This document shows, piece after piece, positions 24,181 to 35,615 of a stretch of 64,000 nt of DNA. The DNA comes from Mobula hypostoma (Eukaryota). Every line of letters begins with the position of its first letter. Position 1 is the first letter of the stretch. The position numbers and the translations under genes were made by a program. The notes beneath the pieces are model-generated. The model ran no database searches, had not been told where the DNA came from, and saw nothing but the letters and a program-made list of their open reading frames with translations. The stretch lies in contig NC_086097.1 in the NCBI RefSeq assembly GCF_963921235.1, positions 9,362,001-9,426,000 on the forward strand, given 5' to 3'.

Positions 24181-24734
24181 AGCAATTTCTATTAATCTAT
24201 TAACCATTTGTTAATATGTCTTAGTTAAAAATGCCAGTTTTTTAAAACCATTTCATACTTCTTCTGCCTCCTGGATTTATCATTTTATTTTACCTGTAAT
24301 GCTTGAGATCACTCTAATTCTAGCCTCTATTTTCATGTTCCTGCATACTGGTTGGTTTTCAGTCTTTGATTGTGTGTAGTTTTTCATTGATTCTGTTTGA
24401 TTTCTCTGTTCTACCATGAGTGCCTACAAGTAAATAAATCACAAAGTTGTCTGTGGTAAATTATAAAAAGTGGTAAATTTAGTTTGAACTTTGAATGAAT
24501 GATCCCTAAAGACCTGTGACTGCAAGCTCTGGAAATCACTCTCAGAATCTCTACCCTTCTCTCCTTCATCACTTCCTTTGACTGATATCTCAGTCAGAGC
24601 CCTGGTGTATTTTCATGTGAGATTAACCTCATTTTGTTTGGAAATACTCCTGTGAATTGTCTTGAAAACTTGAGGATATTAACTCCTCTATATAAACACA
24701 CATTCTTTCTTTTGAAAGGTCATGTCAGTGATTA

Positions 24735-25102
24735 GGACACATTGAACCATATCAGATATTGAAAGGAGTAGATCGATTGGATGTGAAGGGAATGTTTCCA
24801 ATAGTGGGGGAGTCTAAGACCAGAGGGCCCGGCCTTATAATATAAGGACATCCCTTTAGAACAGAGATGAGCAGAAATTTCTTTAGCCAGGTGGTGGTGA
24901 ATCTGTGGAATTCATTGACACCGACAGCTGTGGCGGAAAAGTCATTAGGTATATTTAAAGCAGAAGTTGATAAATTCTTGAATAGTCAGGGTGTCAAAGG
25001 AGAATGGGAGTGAAAGGGATAATAAATCACCCATGATGGAATAGTGGAGTAAACTCAATGGGCTGAATGGCCTAATTCTGCTCATACGCTTTGTGTTCTT
25101 AT
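24735..25102 (+). mobile_element. CR1 LINE 3' fragment
   Basis: Typical CR1 RT C-terminus and 3' UTR. Confidence 0.8.
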
Positions 25103-25295
25103 GCTGCAGATTAATAGTGGATTAGAGGATACAGCATGAGGCAAATACATTCTTGTTCCTTATAACTCAATATGGTAGTCTGTCTCTCTGCCATTAGATA
25201 GAAGTTATTGGAAGTATGGGATCTCTCTTTCAGGCATTAATTGTTTCTAACATAGAGCCACCGATTCTCTTCATAACTATATCTCTTAAATCAGT

Positions 25296-25422
25296 AACAC
25301 AAAATAATCTGCAGATGCTGGGGTCAAAACGACACTCACAACTCACTGGAGGAACTCAGCAGGTTGGGCAGCATCCGTGGAAAAGATCAGTCGACGTTTC
25401 GGGCTGGAACCCTTCATCTGGA
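25296..25422 (-). mobile_element. 127-bp PLE terminal insertion beginning at hammerhead stem I
   Basis: 11-bp TSD CTTAAATCAGT (25285-25295, 25423-25433). Hammerhead core mutated to CAGAUGA. Confidence 0.8.
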
Positions 25423-26190
25423 CTTAAATCAGTCAAGCTGAAGGACTAAAAAGGAATCAAGAGAAAGTAGCAAATAACATGAAAAGTTAAGTCAAACCAG
25501 GTTAAGAAGGACAAATAAAGAGAACTAACGGTGAAATAAATAGTGCCACAGATAAAGTGGAACATGACACAAAACTTCCTCATCATGTACCTACAGTAGA
25601 TCAACACACAAACACAAGCCTGAAATGTCAACTGTTTATTCCTCTCCATAGATGCTGCCCGACCTGTTTCGTTCCTCCAGCATTTTGTGTAGGTTGAATT
25701 AAATATGCTCTTGACTTGAATGAATACTCCGGTGATACTTGGTCCCGAAGTATTTGAAAATCCCAGAGATATCCTTTAATAGCCATTTAAGCCACAACCC
25801 TGGGGCTGAACTGGCTGTTAAAGCTGTCTATTAACTTGAATTAGATAGGCAGAAGCAGTTAAAAACTAATTATACAAATTAAACTATTAACAATTATAAA
25901 ACTAAGTATAAAAATATTTATGAAAAATTTAATACTTTTAATGTCTGAAAGAAAGAGATTCCACATGTCTGATAGTTTGTTTCCAATGACAAACAGTTTG
26001 AATCATGCTTATTAATAATTAGGGCCCGCATAAAATGAACAAATGTTGGTTATGGCAAGCCCTTGAAAAATTCAGAAGATGGTAGTCCAACCGATATGAG
26101 AGGACAAAAGAAATTATACTTACACGTTTATGTATTGGACATTGTAGGATGAAAAATTCTCTGTTCAGAATTAATGATGGTGGTGGGGGG

Positions 26191-26422
26191 CATCAATCTG
26201 TCTCGAAGGACGATGGAGTCCAAGCCTGGGCAGAAGGTTTGGAGATCCTGGAATGCCTAATAATCAAGATCCTCCTCTTGGCCTCACCAATGTAATCCAA
26301 AGGAGAGCAAAACAATAAAGTTTGGCACCAGCTTGGCTGCAGGAGTTGCTGAAAAGTTTTCTTTCTTGGTTTTCTCTTGTAGACTTCGTCTCTCTGGAGG
26401 CTGCTCACAAGGCAATGGGGCT
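26191..26422 (+). mobile_element. Probable RTE-related short interspersed element
   Basis: AAGATCCTCCTCTTGGCCTCACCAATGTAATCCAAAGG...TTTGGCACCAGCTTGGCTGCAGGAGTTGC resembles RTE-type leader sequence as I recall it. Single copy in this window. Confidence 0.35.
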
Positions 26423-27419
26423 ATTAACCCATAACTGGGATTAATATACATGTTGAGAATTAATATGCGTGACAATGGTATCTGTAGGGAGTGTACTTGT
26501 CAAGAAATGGTGCAGCATATATTGTCTGAATGCAGTTCTTCTGAGGTGCAAAGGAAACACTTAATGGCTAAGTTGAGATAATTGGGACAGACACCATTTA
26601 ACATGGAAAGTATATCACAATATCACTGCTAACATAATGAGCACAAGTGCATATTTGTCTTTCTGAAAACCAGGAGACTCTTTGATTCTATTTGAGATAT
26701 ATTTGGCAGGGGGTGTAATTTAGTGGGTATACTATCTGTCTCTTTGCTTCACACTCCAACTCAGTAGGTGGTAATGCACCTTATGCTGGTCTGCCAACTG
26801 CCATTAAATGATACACAAAGAATGGCAATCCCTTGTGTGATGAGTACCAAGTAAATGAAGAACCCCACACTGATTCAATTCATGTCACTAGGAAGTCCTG
26901 CAATTAGATGCCACCTCTGTGAAGACAGCTTTTTTTGTGGAAAGAGTCAAATTAAACACCAGCATTTGAACATGCGAAGCACTAAACCAGTCAGATTTGT
27001 CAATGGGAGACAGGATTAAGGACCTTTCATCAAAACTGGAAGAGCAAGAAGCTAAACAGATTCATGGTTACAAAGAGTATGAAGGGGGGAGAGGACAGAG
27101 GAATGGGTTGCAGATTAAAATGACAATATTTTGAAGAAACAGCTGACAGACAAAACTGAAACAAATGTACAACATTTATGAAGGAGGTGTGTTTATCTAA
27201 AATACTAAGTACTGAAAGTTGTAATGTATCCATTTGGGAGAAGATGACAGTAGATTAAACGGTCAGCACAACATTGTGGGCCTAAGGGCCTGAAGGGTTC
27301 TACATTCTGTGATGTACTGTATCTAAGCATCAGTATAGCAACACACAAGGTCTGCTGAAGTGGGGGAAAAAGAACGAAAGTGACAGGTAGATGGGATTTC
27401 GGTTCCCCATATGGACTGT

Positions 27420-27790
27420 TTAGACTATAAGACATGGGAGCAGAATTATGCCACTTGGCCCACTGAGTCTGCTCTGTGATGCCATGATGGCTGATTTATT
27501 ATTACTCTCAACCTCATTCTCCTGCCTTCTACCCATAACCTTTCACATCCTTCCTAATCAAGAACCTATCAACCTCCGCTTTAAATTAAATAAATAGTGC
27601 AAAATGAGGGAAGAATGTTTTTAAAGCTTGTGTTCGTGGATCATCTTCCTTTGTGGTGAACATTATACTCCATGACTGACACAGCCATCTGTGGCAATGA
27701 GCTCCACAGGTTCACCATCCTCTGGCTAAAGAAATTCCTCCTCATCTCGTTTCTAAATGGACATCCCTCTCTTCTGAGGATTCTGTCCGA
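27420..27790 (-). mobile_element. CR1 3' fragment with a small internal insertion
   Basis: Tail AGACTATAAGACAT and 3' UTR homologous to 6795-7100. Confidence 0.75.
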
Positions 27791-28644
27791 TTAATTCTCT
27801 GTCACGAATCATCTGCATTGTTCCACTGATAGCCAACATCATTTCAGCAAAGTACATTCTTTCTTTTTGCACTAATGTATTTTATATATATTTCTTACTG
27901 TAATTTACAGATTTTTTTATTATTTTGTATTGCAATGTAGTGCTGTTACAAAGTAACAAATTTTGCCACATATGCCAGTAATATAAGACCTGATTTTGAG
28001 TTGCATTATTAATGTCCTGTATCAGGAATTCACCTTGTGCTGTGTAGAAGCAAATGTTCACAAAGGAAGATGACCCATGAACAAAACTTTTAAACCATAT
28101 TTCCTCTCCTTTTGCACTATTTATTAATTATTTTTTTAAAATTATATATCTTCATTGTTATTTGTAGTTTTGTTTAGTATCCTGTATTGCAATGCACTGC
28201 TGCGGCAAAACAACAAATGTCATGATATATGTCAGGGATATTAAACCACATTCTGATTCTGAATATAGGATGAAAAAGTAGCAGCTCATATTTCGGCTAA
28301 GCGTGTTACAGCCCTTGTGACAAAGCCTTGAGTTTAACCTCAGAATTAGAATCAGGTTTAATATCACCGGCATATGTCATGAAATTTGCTGTTCTGCGGC
28401 AGCAGTATAGTGCAATACATAAAAATTTTTATATTAAAGTAAGAAAATATATTTTAAAAATGAAATTAATTAAATAGTGCATAAAGAGCAAAAAAAAAAC
28501 AAAACTGAGGTAGCATTCATGGATTGGTTAATTGTCTGTTCAGAAATCTGATGGCAGAGGGGAAGAAGGTGTTCCTGAAACATTGAGTGTGTAACAGATA
28601 AACTCTTCTTGGGCTTCCAGCCGTGTATAGGTATCAATTATGAA

Positions 28645-28690
28645 CAATGCTTTGATGACAAACTCTGCCATCTTCATCAGGAATGATGCC
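28645..28690 (-). ncRNA. Decayed hammerhead motif of the Poseidon-like PLE
   Basis: CUGAUGA-A-GAUGGCA(GAGUU)UGUCAUC-AAAG: 7-bp stem II, GAAA mutated. Confidence 0.5.
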
Positions 28691-29413
28691 TGGGTTATGT
28701 CCAGTTCAGTGGTATTTATTGCCCGATAATCCTTCTCTCCTGATTGGTTAGTCCTAATCCAATCAGGTTCTGCTCTCCTGCCTTGCTTACAGTCGAATTC
28801 CAGTTCTTATTTAGAGCAAGACGCTCATATTTGTTAAAATGCTTTTCCAATAGTTTTATTTCAATAGCTTCCTTAACCAGGTGGTCCCAAAAACCATTGG
28901 CACAACACAGTAGTTCTATGCAGTTCAAAGTCAATCCTATGGCGAGTGCAATTGCAAATGCAATGTTCTGCTACCATTGATTTCTCCAGGTAACCCAAAC
29001 GGATACAACTGCTGTGCTTCTTGATGCAGGTTTCCACCCTGCATCCCGTCTGGCCAATTATACGCTGCTCTACATTCACAGAGAATCCTGTAAACACCAG
29101 CTGACCTGAGTCCCAGGTCACCTTTGACCTGGAGAAGCTGTGGTTTGAGCTTCCTGACGGATTTGTGGATGGCATTAATCTGATAGTTCTTCAGGATCCT
29201 GGTGCTCCTTCCAGAAACCACGGAATTATAGGGAAGAAGATTTTGAGGCATAAGGACAATGAATTCAGAGCTTTCTCCTTAAAGTCCTCCAAGTAGAAAT
29301 TAACAATTGCCAATGACAAGGTGATCCCATGGTCACTCCCTATGTTTGTTCATAGTAGTTCTCCGTACGGAGCAAGTACGTTGACGTAAGGGTCTGTTCA
29401 AACAGGTCAATGA

Positions 29414-30030
29414 ATAAAGTATTGAGTATAAGAGCCGGAATGTTATGATGAGGTTGTATAAGGCATTGGTGAGGCCGAATCTGGAGTATTGTGTTCAGTT
29501 TTGGTCACCAAATTACAGGAATGATATTAATAAGGTTGAAAGAGTGCAGAGAAGGTTTACAAGGAAGTTGCCGGGACTTGAGAAACTGAGATACAGAGAA
29601 AGGTTGAGTAAGTTAGGACTTTATTCCCTGGAGCATAGGGGAATGAGGGGAGATTTGATAGAGGTATATAAAATTATGATGGGTGTAGATAGAGTGAATG
29701 CAAGTAGGCTTTTTCCGCTGAGGCAAGGGGAGAAAAAAAAAAGAGGACATGGGTTAAGGGTGAAGGGGGAAAAGTTTAAAGGGAACATTAGGGGGGGCCT
29801 TCTTCACACAGAGAGTGGTGAGAGTGTGGAATGAGCTGCCAGACGAGGTGGTAAATGTGGGTTCTTTTTTAACATTTAAGAATAAATTGGACAGATACAT
29901 GGATGGGAGGTGTATGGAGGGATATAGTCCTTGTGCAGGTCAGTGGGACTAGGCAGAAAATGGTTCGGGTCAGCCAAGAAGGGCCAAAAGGCCTGTTTCT
30001 GTGCTGTAGTTTTCTATGGTTTGATTCTAT
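29414..30030 (+). mobile_element. CR1 3' fragment inserted in the Poseidon-like PLE
   Basis: MMRLYKALVRPNLEYCVQFWSP. TSD GGTCAATGA (29405-29413, 30031-30039). Same subfamily as 44916-48377 and 60935-61713. Confidence 0.92.
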
Positions 30031-30474
30031 GGTCAATGACATGCTTATCAAACCTAGACTGCCGGAGGACAAACTGTTCATAATGGGAGCTCTTGTGAAC
30101 AGGGTAACCATGTCGAAACTGACCATTATGTTCTCCAAGTCCAGCTGGATGTCAGTTATCATTTTAACAAAGTCGGTCAAATTTGTGATAGAATGTTCAC
30201 AGTCCCCAACAAAGGGAGACAACATGGTTGTTAAATGCTTAGCGAGGTAGTGAGTCTGAGAATCTATCCCTCTGACGATAGGCCTTGGAGGAAACCTCCC
30301 CGTGTATCTTAGGGAGCACATAAAGTCTTGGCAATACCGTTGCCTGAGGCAGAAGTGTCTTGCATATGTTTGCTGTCAGTCTGGATTTCTTCAGTAAAGT
30401 GGAGGTCTTTACTGAGTGTGTGTCTCCAGGCTCCAGTACCTCCTCCCTGATGGTAGCAATGAGAAGAGAGCATG

Positions 30475-30970
30475 TTTCTACAGGGGCACAATTGAGAGCA
30501 TCCTGACTGGCTGCATCACTGCCTGGTATGGGAACTGTACTTCCCTCAATCACAGGATCCTGCAGAGAGTGGTGCAGACAGCCCAGCACATCTGTAGATG
30601 TGATCTTCCCACTATTCTGGACATTTACGAGGACAGGTGTGCAAAAAGGGCCCAAAGGATCATTGGGGACCTGAGTCACCCCAACCACAAGCGGTTCCAG
30701 CTGCTACCATCTGGGAAACGGTATCACAGCATAAAAGCCAGGACCAACAGCTCCAGGACAGCTTCTTCCACCAGGCCATCAGACTGATTAATTCATGTTG
30801 ACACAACTGTATTTCTATGTTATGTTGACTGTCCTGTTGTACATGTTATTTATTATAAATTACTATAAATTGCACATTGCACATTTAGATGGAGACGTAA
30901 CGTAAAGATTTTTACTCCTCATGTATATGAAGGATGTAATTAATAAAGTCAAATCAATTCTATTCAATTC
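30475..30970 (+). mobile_element. Rex1/Babar-type LINE 3' fragment
   Basis: FYRGTIESILTGCITAWYGNC. Closely matches ~645-1138. Confidence 0.88.
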
Positions 30971-31229
30971 CTGCGTATTGGGCAACCTCTTCAGAAGGCT
31001 TTCATTTCTTTTACAAATACACTGGCACTCTTAGGACAGTTTGGAACTTTTTGAAATAATGTAACTGTTGGTTTGTAGTGTACCTACGTAGAAAAAACAT
31101 GGGAAAATTCAGCAGGTCAAATAACCTCAATGGAAAGAGGAACAGTTAATATATAATGTTGTAACAGTAATATAATGACTACACTATTCATTTTTGTAAA
31201 AAAAAATTAAGCTTATTTTATATGTGATG

Positions 31230-31570
31230 TGTGGAGATATATCTCTACCAAAGGAGGTGTAAGGCACTCCTTCCTCCGCTAGTCTGCAGGCCAATCTTGG
31301 TCAAGGTGTAGCACCTGCTTCGACCCTCAGTCAGGGTCATGTGAAGCCATGGGAACAGGTGGTGGATGGTTGTATGAGCAGTTGATACATATCACAAGCC
31401 CTGGTTATGCAACCACTGACTCCATGCAGCCAATCTCTGAAAAAACATTGATAATGGCTGGGATCACCCAGAAGAAGGCAATGGCAAACCACTTCTGTGG
31501 GAAAAAAATTGCCAAGAACATTCATGGTCATGGAAAGACCATGATCAGCCACATCAGCACATAATGAACA
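31230..31570 (+). mobile_element. RTE-related short element with BovA-like motif
   Basis: AGAAGGCAATGGCAAACCACTTCTG...TGCCAAGAAC...CATGG resembles the RTE/BovA motif GGAGAAGGCAATGGCACCCCACTCC. Boundaries approximate. Confidence 0.5.
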
Positions 31571-32294
31571 ATTAAACTTATCAGTGATGGTCCTTTTATC
31601 AAGGAAAAGACTGTGATGATTCAGTGCCATTGAGAAAAATCAGCTGATTAGCAAAAGCTGGAATTGCAGCGATATTGTCCAAAGTTCAAATGCTTTTTTC
31701 CAGAAATTTGTGATCTTTGCCACTTAAGTAACTGTTACCCTCAAAGCTCTTGGAGATACAGCTGTGAATTTTAATTGGGAAAGTTTATAGAAGGCAGCAA
31801 TATCTGCAAGTTTAGTAACAAAACAAAGCTTGACCTCATTGGCTCTGTTTTTTTTTGTTTTTTTAGTACCTATCAGGTTTATTGGCTTTTTGTAGTTCCT
31901 TTTACCAAGTTGCAAGCTTGTCTGTATGCCACCCCATCCCTGTCCTTCACCAACAATACATCAATCTCAACATATTTTGTGTGATATTGATTTCACTCTG
32001 AAGAATATCACAAATAATCTTATGAAATGCTGATTGCTAGCTGGAACTATCAATAAAATCAAAGGTAGCATAACAAAAGACAATAGATTCTTCATGTGCA
32101 AGCTTGTAAAATGGTTTGAATGGATATTGTTTTGTTGAGGGGCTAGATAACGGATTAGCTAGTTTATCACTCAGTTTATAGTTCTGATGTATTTTACAAT
32201 GTCTTATGAAGTTGGGGCTTTATGAAGTATTGGTCAGACCACACTTGGAGTATTGTGAGAAGTTTTAGTCCCTTATCTAAGAAAGGATGTTGCA

Positions 32295-32452
32295 CTAACA
32301 CAAGAAAATCTGCATATGCTGGAAATCCAAACTACACACGCAAAATGTTGGAGAAACTCAGCAGGGCCTCAGCCCAGAATGTTGACTATGTACACTTTTA
32401 CAGCCTCAGCAGCCTGGCCTGCTGAGTTCCTATAGCATTTTATGTGTGTTGC
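32295..32452. mobile_element. Short inverted dimer of PLE termini
   Basis: A minus-strand terminus with tail is joined to a plus-strand terminus. Degenerate TSD CTAAGAAAGGATGT / CTATGAAAGTATGT. Confidence 0.6.
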
Positions 32453-32584
32453 TATGAAAGTATGTGTTGGCATTGGAGGGTGTCCAGAGGAGGTTCCTGA
32501 AAATGAAAGGATTAATGTTTGAGCAACACACATCAAAGTTGCTGGTGAACGCAGCAGGCTAGGCAGCATCTGTAGGAAGAGGTG

Positions 32585-32622
32585 CAGTTGACGTTTCAGG
32601 CCGAGACCCTTCGTCAGGACTA
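32585..32622 (-). ncRNA. Minimal type-I hammerhead ribozyme motif
   Basis: UAGUC-CUGACGA-AGGGUCUCGGCCU-GAAA-CGUC-AACUG; one CpG change in stem I. Confidence 0.75.
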
Positions 32623-32924
32623 ACTGAAGGAAGAGTGAGTAAGGGATTTGAAAGTTGGAGGGGGAGGGGGAGATGCAAAATGATAGGAGAAGACAGGAGG
32701 GGGAGGGATAGAGCCAAGAGCTGTACAGGTGATAGGCAAAAGGGGATACGAGAGGATCATGGGACAGGAGGTCCGGGAAGAAAGACAAGGGGGGGGGTAC
32801 CCAGAGGATGGGCAAGAGGTATATTCAGAGGGACAGAGGGAGAAAAAGGAGAGTGAGAGAAAGAATGTGTGCATAAAAATAAGTAACAGATGGGGTACGA
32901 GGGGGAGGTGGTACCTTAGCCGAA

Positions 32925-35468
32925 GTTAGAGAAGTCGATGTTCATGCCATCGGGTTGGAGGCTACCCAGATGGAATATAAGGTGTTGTTCCTCCAACCTG
33001 AGTGTGGCTTCATCTTTACAGTAGAGGAGGCCGTGGATAGACATGTCAGAATGGTAATGGGATGTGGAATTAAAATGCGTGGCCACTGGGAGATCCTGCT
33101 TTCTCTGGCGGACAGAGCGTAGATGTTCAGCAAAGCGGTCTCCCAGTCTGCGTCGCGTCTCGCCAATATATAAAAGGCCACATCAGGAGCACCGGACGCA
33201 GGTAATCACCCCAGTCGACTCACAGGTGAAGTGTTGCCGCACCTGGAAGGACTGTTTGGGGCCCTGAATGGTGGTAAGGGAGGAAGAGGGCAGGTGTAGC
33301 ACTTGTTCCGCTTACACGGATAAGTGCCAGGAGGGAGATCAGTGGGGGGGGATGCGGGGGACGAATGGACAAGGGAGTTGCGTAGGGAGCGACCCCTGCG
33401 GAATGCAGAAAGAGGGGGGAAGGGAAAGATGTGCTTAGTGGTGGGATCCCGTTGGAGGTGGCGGAAGTTACGGAGAATAATTTGTTGGACCCGGAGGCTG
33501 GTGGGGTGGTAGGTGAGGACCAGGGGAACCCTATTCCTAGTGGGGTGGTGGGAGGATGGAGTGAGAGCAGATGTACGTGAAATGGGGGAGATGCTTTTAA
33601 GAGCAGAGTTGATAGTGGAGGAAGGGAAGCCCCTTTCTTTAAAAAAGGAAGACATCTCCCTCGTCCTAGAATGAAAAGCCTCATCCTGAGAGCAGATGCG
33701 GCGGAGACGGAGGAATTGCGAGAAGGGGATGGCGTTTTTGCAAGAGACGGTGAGAAGAGGAATAGTCCAGATAGCTGTGAGAGTCAGTAGGCTTATAGTA
33801 GACATCAGTGGATAAGCTGTCTCCAGAGACAGAGACAGAAAGATCTAGAAAGGGGAGGGAGGTGTCGGAAATGGACCAGGTAAACTTGAGGGCAGGGTGA
33901 AAGTTGGAGGCAAAGTTAATAAAGTCAACGAGTTCTGCATGCGTGCAGGAAGCAGCACCAATGCAGTCGTCGATGTAGCGAAGGAAAAGTGGGGGACAGA
34001 TACCAGAATAGGCACGGACATAGATTGTTCCACAAACCCAACAAAACGGCAGGCATAGCTAGGACCCATACGGGTGCCCATAGCTACACCTTTAGTTTGG
34101 AGGAAGTGGGAGGAGCCAAAGGAGAAATTATTAAGAGTAAGGACTAATTCCGCTAGACGGAGCAGAGTGGTGGTAGAGGGGAACTGATTAGGTCTGGGAT
34201 CCAAAAAGAAGCGTAGAGCTTTGAGACCTTCCTGATGGGAGATGGAAGTATATAAGGACTGGACCTCCATGGTGAAAATAATGCAGTGGGGGCCAGGGAA
34301 CTTAAAATCATCGAAAAGTTTAAGAGCGTGAGAAGTGTCACGAACATAGGTCGGAAGGGATTGAACAAGGGGGGATAAAACCGTGTCGAGGTATGCAGAA
34401 ATGAGTTCGGTGGGGCAGGAGCAAGCTGAGACAATCGGTCGGCCAGGACAGGCAGGTTTGTGGATCTTGGGTAGGAGGTAGAAACGGGAAGTGCGGGGTG
34501 TGGAACTATAAGGTTGGTAGCAGTGGATGGGAGATCCCCTGAGCGGATAAAGTCGGTGATGGTGTGGGAGACAATGGCCTGGTGCTCCTTAGTGGGGTCA
34601 CAATCGAGGGGTAAATAAGAGGAGGTATCCGCGAGTTGTCGCTGTGCCTCGGCAAGGTAGAGGTCAGTACGCCAGACTACAACAGCACCCCCCTTATCGG
34701 CAGGTTTAATAATAAGGTTAGGATTAGTGCGGAGGGAGTGGAGAGCAGAGCGTTCCAAAGGAGTGAGGTTGGAATGGGGACAAGGTGCGGTGAAGTCGAG
34801 ACGGTTGATGTCCCGTCGGCAATTAGCGATAAAGAGATCCAGAGTAGACAGAAGACCAGAGCGGGGTGTCCATGAAGAAGAGGAGGGTTGAAGATGCGAG
34901 AAGGGGTCATCGGTGGGGGTGGAAGAGTCCTTCCCGAAGGTGTAGGCTCGGAAACGGAGACGGTGGAAGAAAAGTTCCGCATCATGGCGAACACGGAACT
35001 CGTTGAGGTGTGGGCGAAGGGGGACAAAGGTGAGCCCCTTACTGAGAACAGAGCGTTCTGCCTCCGACAGTTGAAGGTCGGAGGGGATGGTAAAGACCCG
35101 GCACGGATAAGAGCTGGGATCAGAGCGGGGAGGGGGGAGGCTGGGGGTGTCAGTGGAGAGGGGATGGTTGGGGTGAGAGGAAGATGGAGCCTCTGAGGGC
35201 CCAGAAGCTGACGGTGGGATCTGAGGGAGACGGGATTGCAGAGTATTGGTGGGGGAAGGGGAGACGGGAGTCACAATAGCAGCACATGAAGACCCGGCCT
35301 GGAGTTCAAGGCTGGAGTCGCAGTTGGTGGTTGTGCAATCGCTGTGAAGGTGTCCATGGTCGTTGCTGGAGTCCGGGTTTTGAATATGTCCTGAGGTGTT
35401 GGAGCCGCCGAGATCAATGGCAGGGGCCGCAATTGAAAGTTCATGCCTGAGAGCAGATGCGGCGGATG
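32925..35468 (-). pseudogene. Frameshifted PLE RT / GIY-YIG endonuclease ORF
   Basis: ORF pieces 34153-35468, 33845-34270 and 33206-33805 join into RT, linker and endonuclease with a few frameshifts and stops. Confidence 0.9.
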
Positions 35469-35577
35469 CACCTGTCCAGCTCTTGGCTCCATCCCTCCCC
35501 CTCCTGTCTTCTCCTATCATTTTGGATCTCCCCCTCCCCCTCCAACTTTCAAATCCCTTACTCACTCTTCCTTCAGT

Positions 35578-35615
35578 TAGTCCTGACGAAGGGTCTCGGC
35601 CTGAAACGTCGACTG
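35578..35615 (+). ncRNA. Minimal type-I hammerhead ribozyme motif (intact core)
   Basis: UAGUC-CUGACGA-AGGGUCUCGGCCU-GAAA-CGUC-GACUG; predicted cut after C35610. Confidence 0.85.

Larger units (their letters stand above)
28593..30412 (-). mobile_element. Poseidon-like Penelope element (RT and GIY-YIG), degenerate, 5'-truncated
   Basis: PRLYVLPKIH, RPIV, MVSFDMVTLFT, GVYRILCECRAAY/IGQTG.R, SMVAEH, KEAIEIK. 9-bp TSD TGAGTGTGT (28584-28592, 30413-30421). Confidence 0.85.
28343..30474 (-). mobile_element. Rex1-like 3' fragment acting as host (pieces 28343-28592 and 30413-30474)
   Basis: An uninterrupted homolog lies at ~10600-10740. TGAGTGTGT is duplicated at the junctions. Confidence 0.65.

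Noticed and set aside
31250..31330. HDV-like ribozyme around TTCCTCCGC
   Set aside because: The loop resembles HDV L3, but I could not assign P1, P1.1, P2 and J4/2 consistently.
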